64,000 nt of DNA from an uncultured bacterium (GTDB lineage Bacteria; Muiribacteriota; UBA6191), in assembly GCA_964503595.1 (NCBI GenBank), contig CAZDAM010000002.1, positions 9,335 through 73,334 on the forward strand. Reading direction: 5' to 3'. The notes below the pieces were generated by a model. It worked only from the letters and a program-made list of their open reading frames with translations, had not been told where the DNA came from and ran no database searches. Shown one piece after another: positions 18,965-27,533 of this stretch. The position numbers and the translations under genes were made by a program. Within the stretch, counting starts at the first letter, position 1. Every line of letters starts with the position of its first letter.

Positions 18965-19941
18965 AGTTCTTGCTCTGTCTTCTGCTGTCTTTGTCCTGGC
19001 TTCAGGCTGAAGTCTCTCCCTACCGGGATCCAAATTATCAGGCCTGGCTGGACTCCCATGACGGCACAGAAAATCCCTTTCGCTACAACCTCGCTGCCTT
19101 TTCCGGCAATCGGGTTGAAAATCGCCAGAACCCACACACGCTGGCCTCACCTCACGAGCGACCCGTACCTTCTTCCTTTGCCGGTAATTTCCGCCTTGAA
19201 ATCGCCCCGGTGGATGTCAGAGGCCTGAATCAGCCTCTTCTCGTACCGGCGGCAGGCTCTTCTCGTGGATTTGAGCCCCGAGGGCAGGAGATCAAGATTT
19301 CCAAGCGCTTTTCCCGACCTGAAGATCGGCTGGATTTTCGTCTGGAAGCCACCATGATGAATGCCAGTGACAGCTTCAGCCTTCAGGGAGGAGCCACGAT
19401 CCGGGATGGGAGGGTTCTTAACAACCCTCAGGGGAATCTTGACTTTGACCAACAGAATCTGCGCTTGGAATGGGCCTGGCACCCAACCGAAAACCTCCAG
19501 TCCCGCCTTGGCACCCTGGCTGGCTTCAGTTTAAGGCGGATGAATGCCGACAGCCATATCGCCGATACCCTGCAGTTCGCAGACTGGAAGCTCAGCCAGT
19601 GGGGAATCATTCCCTATGTCGGCCTGGAAGGAGAAACCCCTCTGTCCCGCTCGGTCCATCTGTATGGCCGGGCCCGCCTGGGCTACGCCTTCACCAAATC
19701 CGAAGTTCGCCGCGATACGGGTCAGGCACCGGCAACAACCCAGACCATCCGGCGCAAAAGGGATTTTATCGAATCCGATATCTCAGCCGGATTTGCCTGG
19801 TTCTGGGATCGAACCCATCGCCTCAGTGCAGGCTGGCAGTACAGCCACGCTGACTTTCCCAACCTTGACGGCCCTACCGGAATTCCTCTCGAAGAACTCT
19901 CCTGGTCAGGCCCTCAGATAAGGCTCGACTTCCTGTTTTAG
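18961..19941 (+). CDS. Outer-membrane beta-barrel protein (hypothetical)
   Basis: Signal peptide MKFLLCLLLSLSWLQA; alternating amphipathic strands; C-terminal ...RLDFLF with terminal Phe typical of OMPs. Confidence 0.5.
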   Translation: MKFLLCLLLSLSWLQAEVSPYRDPNYQAWLDSHDGTENPFRYNLAAFSGNRVENRQNPHTLASPHERPVPSSFAGNFRLEIAPVDVRGLNQPLLVPAAGSSRGFEPRGQEIKISKRFSRPEDRLDFRLEATMMNASDSFSLQGGATIRDGRVLNNPQGNLDFDQQNLRLEWAWHPTENLQSRLGTLAGFSLRRMNADSHIADTLQFADWKLSQWGIIPYVGLEGETPLSRSVHLYGRARLGYAFTKSEVRRDTGQAPATTQTIRRKRDFIESDISAGFAWFWDRTHRLSAGWQYSHADFPNLDGPTGIPLEELSWSGPQIRLDFLF

Positions 19942-19975
19942 GCTCTGTCATCAAGTGTGCTAAAATCCGCGCCGC

Positions 19976-21292
19976 ATGAATCGCATGATTGACAATCGCA
20001 AGCACAAAGCCCGGGCTATTCTGGTTGGAGTTCTTTTGAAAGACGACTCCATGGGCGAGCTGCAAAAAGATCTGGAAGAGCTGAGGAGGCTTCTGGACAC
20101 CCTTGGTGTAGAAGCTCACGCCACCATGATTCAAAGCCGCGAGACTATTGATTCGCGCACGTTCATCGGCTCCGGCAAGGTCGAGGAAATTAGAAATCGC
20201 CTGGGTCCGGAAGAGATCAGCGTAGTTGTCTTTGATGATGAACTTTCCCCTTCCCAGATGCGAAGCCTGGAACAGGATCTGAAGATTGAGGTTCTGGATC
20301 GCACCGGTGTGATTCTGAGAATTTTCAGCCAGAATGCCCGTACCTATGAATCCAAGCTTCAGATTGAACTGGCCGGACTGGAGTATGCCCTTCCCCGCCT
20401 GAAGCGTCAGTGGACTCACCTTTCCCGTCAGAGGGGGGGACGAGGATTTTTATCCGGAGAGGGAGAAACCCAGCTTGAAGCGGACCGCCGGGCAATTCGT
20501 ACCAGTATCCAGCAGACCAAGGCCAAACTGGAAAAGATTCAGTCACAGAGGGATTCCCAGAAAAAGAACCGCCGTCACTTTTTCAAGGTTGCCATTGCCG
20601 GTTACACCAACTCCGGGAAATCAACCCTGCTCAATGCCCTCACCCAATCCGAGGTTCTGGTGGAGGACAAGCTTTTTGCCACGCTGGATCCATCAACCAG
20701 AATCATCAAACCAGATGAAAAACCGGCTATTCTGTTCTCTGATACAGTGGGCTTTATCAAGAAACTGCCCCATGCCCTTGTGGCTTCCTTTCGCTCCACA
20801 TTTGAGGAAATCCGCGATGCCGATCTGATTCTTCATGTCGTGGACTGTTCCGATCCTGATTATACTCATAGAATCCATGATACCGTGAAGGTTCTGAAAG
20901 AACTGGATCTGGATTCCATTCCTCGCCTGATGGTCTTCAATAAAATCGATCGCATGAAGCGTCAGCCGATCAAGCTCAAGATGATCAAATCTGTACATTC
21001 CCAAGCTGCCTTTGTTTCTGCAATCAAAAGCGAAGGTCTGGAAGATCTGAAAAACAAGATCTACGCCAGCTTCAAGCGCCATATGCGGGAAATGCAGATT
21101 GAAGTCAGTTTTGGATGTGAGTCCATTCTGGAAAAAATCTATGAATGGGCCCGTGTCCTGCAAACCGAATACACCGAAGATTCCATTTCCATTCATTTCA
21201 GGGGAGCCCGCCGGGATCTTGAGCCGGTCCTCGATCAGCTCCGGCGGAATGGTTATCTTCTTACGGAAAAATCTTTGCAGGTAAGTTTATGA
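19976..21292 (+). CDS. hflX: GTPase HflX
   Basis: HflX N-domain, GYTNSGKSTLLNALT G1 motif, DTVGF G3, NKID G4; 438 aa. Confidence 0.9.
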   Translation: MNRMIDNRKHKARAILVGVLLKDDSMGELQKDLEELRRLLDTLGVEAHATMIQSRETIDSRTFIGSGKVEEIRNRLGPEEISVVVFDDELSPSQMRSLEQDLKIEVLDRTGVILRIFSQNARTYESKLQIELAGLEYALPRLKRQWTHLSRQRGGRGFLSGEGETQLEADRRAIRTSIQQTKAKLEKIQSQRDSQKKNRRHFFKVAIAGYTNSGKSTLLNALTQSEVLVEDKLFATLDPSTRIIKPDEKPAILFSDTVGFIKKLPHALVASFRSTFEEIRDADLILHVVDCSDPDYTHRIHDTVKVLKELDLDSIPRLMVFNKIDRMKRQPIKLKMIKSVHSQAAFVSAIKSEGLEDLKNKIYASFKRHMREMQIEVSFGCESILEKIYEWARVLQTEYTEDSISIHFRGARRDLEPVLDQLRRNGYLLTEKSLQVSL

Positions 21293-21534
21293 GTCTTCTG
21301 GAAAAAATAATTGCGTTCTTCGCACAGACCCTGTTGACCCTGGCTCTGGCTGCGGCTGTGGCCCATCGACTCGGCTATGATGTCATCAGCCTGGGACAAG
21401 GCAAAGTCGTCCTGAGACAGGAGCCCGAAAAAGAAATTCAGGATGATGGCAAAACCCCCATCCCGATTCAGGAAAACCCGCTTCAGGTTCCAACAAGCGC
21501 CGAGTCTTCCACCAGCACTTCAGCTTCAACATAA
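21289..21534 (+). CDS. Small hypothetical protein (81 aa) with N-terminal hydrophobic helix, translationally coupled to hflX
   Basis: ATGA overlap with the hflX stop; overlaps a minus-strand Cys-rich ORF, so only one of the two is likely real. Confidence 0.3.
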   Translation: MSLLEKIIAFFAQTLLTLALAAAVAHRLGYDVISLGQGKVVLRQEPEKEIQDDGKTPIPIQENPLQVPTSAESSTSTSAST

Positions 21535-21800
21535 TGGGCCAAAGTATTTCCGCAGCTCAGGCAGGAACGATATTCAACCCGGATCCAGGAATCATCCTCA
21601 AGTTCCTGAAAACCCAAGAAAGAAGTACCTTTCAGGAAAGCTTCCCGGCTCAGAAATTTAAGCTCACAACACCGACAGGTTTTATATCCTTTTGAATGCA
21701 TTCTGGATGCATCGGCATCTGGAACACAACAGATGAGACACTGCAGTTTTTTACGAAAGCTCTATCACAAAAGGTAGACAGAGCCCACCAGAAAAGTGAC

Positions 21801-22361
21801 TTAAATGTATTCCTGAAACAGTTCCGGCCTGGGGCTTGCAATCACTGTTCGGGCAACAACCATACCACGCTCACTGGCAGCTTCACAGGCAACATCGATC
21901 GAAGCCTTCACACTGGACAGATCGCCGGTAATCAGGAGAAAGCCCTTGCCGCCGACAGCCATGGCCAGGTGAACCCGAAAAACCTGCCCATCCGAAGTTT
22001 TGGCTGCAGCATCCGCCGCTTCCACAATGGATGCCACGGAAAAGGTCTCGAGAATTCCCAAGGCCCCGACCTGTTCCGGTTCGAGATGAATCGAGCCTCC
22101 AATGGCACGGAATACATCCGGATGAAGATTGGGAATAATGAGCTCTTCAATCAGAACCCCCCGAGCTGCTGCTGCTCCGGCCTGAACCGCAGCCTCAACT
22201 TCTGAGACCTGTCCTCCAACCACTACCATATATTTCCCCGAACAGATGGAACGGGCCACCATCAGTTCAACATCGGCCGCCTTGAGCATGGAGTCCTGAG
22301 CAGCGTAGCCAATCGCAATGGATGAGAGTTCGATCATTCCAATGGCATCATGATTCTTCAT
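21801..22361 (-). CDS. pduT: Bacterial microcompartment shell protein, tandem-BMC-domain PduT-like (Fe-S pore type)
   Basis: 186 aa; near-colinear with Salmonella PduT as recalled: AIGMIELSSIAIGYAAQDSMLKAADVELMVARSICSGKYMVVVGG vs [45 protein letters not shown], including the pore Cys; second BMC repeat present. Confidence 0.85.
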   Translation of the reverse strand: MKNHDAIGMIELSSIAIGYAAQDSMLKAADVELMVARSICSGKYMVVVGGQVSEVEAAVQAGAAAARGVLIEELIIPNLHPDVFRAIGGSIHLEPEQVGALGILETFSVASIVEAADAAAKTSDGQVFRVHLAMAVGGKGFLLITGDLSSVKASIDVACEAASERGMVVARTVIASPRPELFQEYI

Positions 22362-23663
22362 CTAGCGTTCCTCAACGATTACGGCATCCCCCACCGAAGT
22401 TACCACACCGGAAATGGATGCATGGATCCAGGCACCCAGCCCTTCAGGGCGACCAATCGGATCCCCGGCCTCAACCTTCTGCCCCACCTTGACCAAAGCC
22501 ACTGCCGGAGCTCCGACATGCTGGTTCAAAGGAATTGTCACGAGTTCTCCTCCGACAATCCCGGCTTTCAGGGGTGCTTCATTTCTGTACTGATCAATAT
22601 TGAGTTTTTTCATCAGCTTGGGGATCGGAGCCTTTCGAAAAGGTGCCATCGGGTGAGCTTTCACACTGCCTGGCTCAAATTTCATGCGCTCGGCCTTATC
22701 TTTGACCTGCATCATACGCTTGAAGTTCGTAGAAATATTCTTGGGATCCAGATCTTCCGGACAGGCATAGAAACTGCACAGATTGCACTCGCAGCAGAAC
22801 TCCGCCCCCTTGACCAGATCCAGAGGCGTCGTCCAAAACCCCATGCTGCGCATGTTTTTATGTGGCTCAATCGGATGACCCAGCAGATAACGGGGGCAGA
22901 GCTCAGTGCAGAAATTGCACTGATCGCAACTGGCCTTGGCTATTTTATCGTACTCCTTGCGGGGCCTGACATGCCGGCGAATCAGATCGTGATTGCGGGG
23001 AAAGACCAGAATCCCTCCCATGGTTTTGGTCACCGGGGTCTCGAAATTCTCCGAGACGCTTCCCATCATGACTCCGCCCAGCAACAGAACCGGGTCCTCA
23101 CAGGTAACCCCACCAGCAGCATCGATACACTCCCTCACAGTTGCTCCGACCTTGACTTCCAGAGAACAGGGCTCAACAACAGCTCCACCCACCGACAGCC
23201 AGGACGTGATCACGGGACGGGAACGGGCTACATTCAGAAGAGTTTCCACATTGGTAACTATACAACCAACAGAAAGCGGAATATTCCCGGGAGCTACGGT
23301 CCGGCCCGTGGCTTCCCAAACCAGAACCAGCTCATCCCCTGCCGGATAGTAATTCCCCATTTTCAGAAATTCCATACCCTCCAGAAGATGAGGTTCAAGG
23401 GCTTCAAACACAGATTTGTATTTGGCCTTGATCCCAAAGATTCCCCGCGTGGCCCCACTCAGATCCATGATCTGCCTCAAAGCCTGGATCACCTCTTTGG
23501 GGTAAGCCTTGAGAATTTCCTTGTCCTTATGCAGAAGTGGCTCACACTCGGCGGCATTGACAATTACGGTATCGGCCTTGGCGTTGTATTTGACATGGGC
23601 CGGAAACCCGGCACCGCCGGCACCGACAACACCCCAGTTTTCAATATTTTTCACAAGCGACAT
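22362..23663 (-). CDS. pduS: PduS-like RnfC-family flavin/Fe-S oxidoreductase (cobalamin-reductase-like)
   Basis: 433 aa; N-terminal NADH-binding GVVGAGGAGFPAHVKY (Complex1_51K-like), two 4Fe-4S motifs (CDQCNFCTELCP, CCECNLCSFYACP), C-terminal RnfC_N-like barrel (LVKVGQKVEAGDPIG...IHASISGVVTSV); this domain order is that of PduS; abuts pduT with 0-bp spacing. Confidence 0.75.
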   Translation of the reverse strand: MSLVKNIENWGVVGAGGAGFPAHVKYNAKADTVIVNAAECEPLLHKDKEILKAYPKEVIQALRQIMDLSGATRGIFGIKAKYKSVFEALEPHLLEGMEFLKMGNYYPAGDELVLVWEATGRTVAPGNIPLSVGCIVTNVETLLNVARSRPVITSWLSVGGAVVEPCSLEVKVGATVRECIDAAGGVTCEDPVLLLGGVMMGSVSENFETPVTKTMGGILVFPRNHDLIRRHVRPRKEYDKIAKASCDQCNFCTELCPRYLLGHPIEPHKNMRSMGFWTTPLDLVKGAEFCCECNLCSFYACPEDLDPKNISTNFKRMMQVKDKAERMKFEPGSVKAHPMAPFRKAPIPKLMKKLNIDQYRNEAPLKAGIVGGELVTIPLNQHVGAPAVALVKVGQKVEAGDPIGRPEGLGAWIHASISGVVTSVGDAVIVEER

Positions 23664-23694
23664 GCAAGCATTCTGACCCAGAGAGCCGGCAAAA

Positions 23695-24396
23695 TCAACG
23701 CAGGAAGAAAAGGATCCTGCGTTCGATCGAAGAATCTCCCAGCCTCAAAGTGCTGGTTTCTTCGTAAAATTTCCTCAGACCGGCAATCTGAGCTTTGCGG
23801 GAAGCCTCCAGAAGCTCCTCATCACTCATTCCCGGTCCTTTGGTCAGGACAATACCCTTTGAAACAGTAGGAGCCAGAATTCCCACCAGTTCGCCAGCCT
23901 GGGCTACAGCCCTGGCAACACTGACGTCTACCCTGCCATAGGCACGGGCAAACTTCTGGGCATCCCTGGTTTTCCAGTTGGCATGAAAAGCCCGTCCGCG
24001 AACAGAAAGCTCCTGCATCACCCGATTGACAAAATCAACCTTCTTATTGCGGGCATCCACCCCAAAAAGCTTCAGTTCAGGATATCCAAGAGCAATCGGA
24101 ATTCCCGGAAAACCGCCGCCACAGCCAAAATCAAGCATACTGGAAATTTTTCTTGGGCCGAAATACGCACGCATCACCCGAAAAATCAGCCAGGAATCCA
24201 TATAGTGTTTCAGCACCGCATCCTCTAAAGAAATAATCCGAGTCAGGTTGTGGCGGGTGTTCTCATCTACCAGAAGGGCGTGAAATTTCTGCCAGAGGGG
24301 CAGGATCCGAGCCGATGGATCGCCGCCTTCCTCAAGCCATTCTCCTGCCTGGGACCAGATCTTTGTACTCTCGCATGGGTTGCCAGTTTCATTCAT
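23695..24396 (-). CDS. rsmG: 16S rRNA (guanine527-N7)-methyltransferase RsmG (GidB)
   Basis: SAM-binding motif LDFGCGGGFPGIPIAL and conserved RsmG core; true start may be an internal Met. Confidence 0.8.
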   Translation of the reverse strand: MNETGNPCESTKIWSQAGEWLEEGGDPSARILPLWQKFHALLVDENTRHNLTRIISLEDAVLKHYMDSWLIFRVMRAYFGPRKISSMLDFGCGGGFPGIPIALGYPELKLFGVDARNKKVDFVNRVMQELSVRGRAFHANWKTRDAQKFARAYGRVDVSVARAVAQAGELVGILAPTVSKGIVLTKGPGMSDEELLEASRKAQIAGLRKFYEETSTLRLGDSSIERRILFFLR

Positions 24397-24450
24397 GGAC
24401 TGTCACAATGGTAAGTAGTCGCAATTCCTGCAAGTTTCCCGGAGGTTATC

Positions 24451-24771
24451 ATGGCCTTTTACAATGACGGACAGCTAGGCAACTGGGTTGCATATCTGCA
24501 CGCTGACGGAAGTCTGGCCGTCTGTGTTCAGCTTCACCAGAATGGCCAGGAACATCGCCAGGGACGTGTCTCCACCCGCGGTTTTACCTCTCCTGAAGAA
24601 GCCTACATATACCTGAACCGCGATTTGAACATGAGTGCGGAAAAGATCCGGTTTTATGTTGCCAGTCCCGAGCAGTTCTACCTGACAGCCTGTCTGGCCG
24701 GACCTCATCTTCCTCTGCATCCCCATCAGATCTTGAGAGGACTAAGCCCAATCAGCTTCGTTCCTTTCTGA
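24451..24771 (+). CDS. Small hypothetical ORF (106 aa); C-terminus runs into a perfect hairpin
   Basis: ORF only; no motif; last ~10 codons are encoded by the stem-loop at 24741-24787, so it may be spurious. Confidence 0.2.
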   Translation: MAFYNDGQLGNWVAYLHADGSLAVCVQLHQNGQEHRQGRVSTRGFTSPEEAYIYLNRDLNMSAEKIRFYVASPEQFYLTACLAGPHLPLHPHQILRGLSPISFVPF

Positions 24772-24787
24772 TTGGGCTTAGTCCAGA
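24741..24787. terminator. Perfect 17-bp inverted repeat (GGACTAAGCCCAATCAG-13 nt loop-CTGATTGGGCTTAGTCC), bidirectional hairpin abutting the tRNA-Gly 3' end
   Basis: Read directly; no flanking U-run, so terminator function is uncertain. Confidence 0.45.
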
Positions 24788-24791
24788 TGAG

Positions 24792-24862
24792 AGCGGGTGA
24801 ACAGAATCGAACTGTCGTAGCCAGCTTGGAAGGCTGGTGCTTTACCACTAAGCTACACCCGC
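24792..24862 (-). tRNA. tRNA-Gly (anticodon UCC)
   Basis: Minus-strand cloverleaf folded by hand: acceptor GCGGGTG/CACCCGC, anticodon stem CCAGC/GCTGG with loop CUUCCAA, T-loop TTCGATT; 71 nt, no encoded CCA. Confidence 0.7.
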
Positions 24863-24877
24863 AGTCTGCCCTATGAA

Positions 24878-24952
24878 TCGGACATGCAGGATTCGAACCT
24901 GCGACCCCCTGTTCCCAAAACAGGTACGCTAGCCAGGCTGCGCTAATGTCCG
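24878..24952 (-). tRNA. tRNA-Pro (anticodon UGG)
   Basis: Minus-strand cloverleaf: acceptor CGGACAT/ATGTCCG, anticodon stem CCTGT/ACAGG with loop UUUGGGA, T-arm GCAGG-TTCGAAT-CCTGC; 75 nt. Confidence 0.75.
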
Positions 24953-25008
24953 ATGTCTTAGGACAGCCGCAGTTATATCATGAGCAGGATCAACGGTCAA
25001 GAAAGTTT

Positions 25009-25761
25009 TTACATCCCATAGGTCAGTCTCTGAATCAGAAACGACGGAACACCACGGGAACGGAAAAGGTTCTGAGTCGCTGCGATATCGTAAGCCACCC
25101 TTAGAAACATAAGTTCTCCGCTTCTGGTATCAAACAGAATGCAGGCAGCCCTGGGGTCTCCATCTCTTGGCTGGCCACAGGAACCTGCATTGGCAATCCA
25201 GGTTTCCTTTGTGTGAGACTTGAGAGTCACGGACTGGGGCTGCTGCATATGTTCACGCTCGCCACCTGCAGAAGCGTGCTGAAGCATGGGCCGGTGAGTA
25301 TGCCCGTAAAGACAGAGGACGGTCTGACCCTCATGAGAAGCTGGGTGAGAAAAGTGCAGATCCTGAGAATAATAGCACCATCCATGCGGATCACTTGGAT
25401 GGGCATGGGTCAGGGCGATCAGAAAACCATCCCGGGACAGGTTCATTTCCATGGGGAGAGAATGAAGCCAGTCAAGAGCTTCAGGAGACATTTCCTGACG
25501 GGCCTTCTGAAGTGTGCCGGCCACTTCCGGATGATAGCCCACCGGGCTCATCCGCCCGGCAACGACAGCATCATGATTCCCCAGAAGGGTGCCGTCACAA
25601 TACTCCCGCACCAGTTCAAGACAGCCCTGAGCTTCACTGCCATAGCCGACAATATCCCCCAGACACCAGATGGATTCTGCGCTCAGGCTTTTCAGGGTCC
25701 TGATACACTCGGTCAATCCTGCCGGATTCCCGTGGCTGTCACTAACAAAACCAATACGCAT
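25009..25761 (-). CDS. Metallophosphoesterase (YfcE/MJ0936-like phosphodiesterase)
   Basis: MRIGFVSDSHGN...CLGDIVGYG...GNHD motifs of the calcineurin-like phosphoesterase fold. Confidence 0.75.
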   Translation of the reverse strand: MRIGFVSDSHGNPAGLTECIRTLKSLSAESIWCLGDIVGYGSEAQGCLELVREYCDGTLLGNHDAVVAGRMSPVGYHPEVAGTLQKARQEMSPEALDWLHSLPMEMNLSRDGFLIALTHAHPSDPHGWCYYSQDLHFSHPASHEGQTVLCLYGHTHRPMLQHASAGGEREHMQQPQSVTLKSHTKETWIANAGSCGQPRDGDPRAACILFDTRSGELMFLRVAYDIAATQNLFRSRGVPSFLIQRLTYGM

Positions 25762-25853
25762 AAAACGAATGATTCTAGCATGAGGAAATCAAGTTGGCCT
25801 TGTATCCAAGTAAAAATAAGCCTAAAATGAGCCCTTCGGGAGGGGAAACTGTC

Positions 25854-26993
25854 ATGAAAAGCTTCACAGGAATGTGGAAAATACTAGTCATCGGGCTGGG
25901 CCTTTCTGTTCTTTCCGGCTGCCTTTCCAAAAACCCCGGGACTCCGTATTCCCAGAAGCCTCAGGCATCCATTGAGGACCGCATCCTGACCAAGGAACTT
26001 TTCGACGGTGGTTTTGCCCGCAATGGCCTTCAGGCTGTTTTCCCGGTCCAGGACGAGCTCTGGGTCGCCACCAGCCACGGGCTTTACGTCTTCGGGCGCA
26101 AGGATCTGGAAGAAAGACGCAGCTACCTCAAGGATCAGAAAATCCTCGACATCGCCCGCAGTTCCAACGGAACCATCTTTGTCGCTCTGGAAGGTCAGAG
26201 TATGATGGTCCTCCCTCCGGGTGAAACAATGTTCTATGCCGGTGGAACTCCCCCTGTCCGTCGTCTGGCAATCCAGGAAGGCTCCGATCAGATCTGGGGA
26301 GCCACCGCAAGCGGCCTGATCAGCTGGGAAAACGGCTCCACTTTCCGTACCCGCATTGACAGCCCTTCAGAATTTGCCTCCCAGGCCAATGATGTGACTT
26401 CACTTGCTTTTGACAGGTCAGGCAACCTCTGGATAGGAACCCAGTTCGGCATCTACCGCAAAAATGGCTCCAGCTTTTCCTTTTTCTACGGAAACTATCA
26501 GATCGTTCAGGGACTTTCCGTAGTCAACAAACGAGGAAATTCTCCGCTTGGCGGCAACTATATTTACGATGTCGCCCTGAATCCAGCCGACAACGCCATG
26601 CTTTTTGCAACCAATGGAGGCTTAAGCGTACTCCGCGATCCCCAAAAGCCTGAGCAAGACTCAATGTGGCAGGTCTACACCGGAGATCACACCACAACCA
26701 TCATGAATATGGGTAAACTCTCTGAGATGCCTGTCAAGGGAAACTCCGGTCTTCCCAGCAATTTTATTCGCTCTGTCACCGCTTTTCAGGATTTTGTTTT
26801 TGCCGGTACTGACTCCGGCCTTGCCATTCTGAATCAGGGAAAATTCACGACCCTGACTCTGGACAATGGCCTGGCTGGTGATACCATCATGAAACTGTTT
26901 CACGAATCCAGTATTGAAGAGGATCGAATTCTGGTGGCTACCAATGGTGGCCTGAGTATTCTGAACTATCCCCGTAAGGCCCTGTCCCGGTAG
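25854..26993 (+). CDS. Lipoprotein with two-component-regulator-propeller (Reg_prop)-type beta-propeller repeats
   Basis: Signal/lipobox LSVLSGC; recurring blades WVATSHGLYVF, IWGATASGLISW, LWIGTQFGIYRK, LFATNGGLSVL, VFAGTDSGLAIL, ILVATNGGLSIL; start at ATG 25854 preceded by GGAGG. Confidence 0.6.
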   Translation: MKSFTGMWKILVIGLGLSVLSGCLSKNPGTPYSQKPQASIEDRILTKELFDGGFARNGLQAVFPVQDELWVATSHGLYVFGRKDLEERRSYLKDQKILDIARSSNGTIFVALEGQSMMVLPPGETMFYAGGTPPVRRLAIQEGSDQIWGATASGLISWENGSTFRTRIDSPSEFASQANDVTSLAFDRSGNLWIGTQFGIYRKNGSSFSFFYGNYQIVQGLSVVNKRGNSPLGGNYIYDVALNPADNAMLFATNGGLSVLRDPQKPEQDSMWQVYTGDHTTTIMNMGKLSEMPVKGNSGLPSNFIRSVTAFQDFVFAGTDSGLAILNQGKFTTLTLDNGLAGDTIMKLFHESSIEEDRILVATNGGLSILNYPRKALSR

Positions 26994-27008
26994 AGGAGAA
27001 TCGCCCCA

Positions 27009-27533
27009 ATGAAAATCAACACCTCCCGCTTTGGCGAGATTGATGTGCCTGATGAGGACATCATTACCTTTCCCTATGGAATTCTGGGATTTGACAAGTC
27101 ATCCCAGTATGTCATCCTCAATGATCCTGCCACTGAACCTCTCCGATGGCTTCAGAGCATTCAGGAAGACGATCTGGCCTTCGTGATCATCGACCCCTTG
27201 CGCTTCAGGGTCGAATACGAACTCGATCTTTCCGATGAAGATGTCGAAAGTCTGGAACTGACATCCCCGGAGGAAGCCATCACCTATGCCATTGTGGTTA
27301 TTCCCAAGAATGAACCCCAACGTATGACGGCCAATCTTCAGGGCCCCATCGTCATCAACGCTGCCAAAATGGTGGCCAAGCAGGTCATCTCCACAAACCC
27401 CCAGCACAGGCTCAAGCATTTCGTCCTCGAAGAAATGCGATCCATGATGCTTGCCCGCAAGAAATCCGAGCGCCCTGATCTGAAGCTGAACCGCAAACAG
27501 CATCCATCGAAAACGGGTCAGGGAGGCGTATAA
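27009..27533 (+). CDS. fliW: Flagellar assembly factor FliW
   Basis: ITFPYGILGFDKSSQYVIL, LAFVIIDPLRF, MTANLQGPIVIN are diagnostic FliW segments. Confidence 0.85.
   Translation: MKINTSRFGEIDVPDEDIITFPYGILGFDKSSQYVILNDPATEPLRWLQSIQEDDLAFVIIDPLRFRVEYELDLSDEDVESLELTSPEEAITYAIVVIPKNEPQRMTANLQGPIVINAAKMVAKQVISTNPQHRLKHFVLEEMRSMMLARKKSERPDLKLNRKQHPSKTGQGGV

Noticed and set aside
21696-22205. 169-aa plus-strand ORF
   Set aside because: Antisense to the PduT-like gene.
22350-23870. 506-aa plus-strand ORF
   Set aside because: Antisense to the well-supported PduS-like gene; composition (HR/G-rich) typical of a shadow frame.
24792-24862. Alternative reading of the first tRNA as tRNA-Trp (CCA)
   Set aside because: With a 5-bp anticodon stem CCAGC/GCTGG the 7-nt loop is CUUCCAA, placing UCC at positions 34-36 (Gly). 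Trp would need a shifted stem that pairs poorly.
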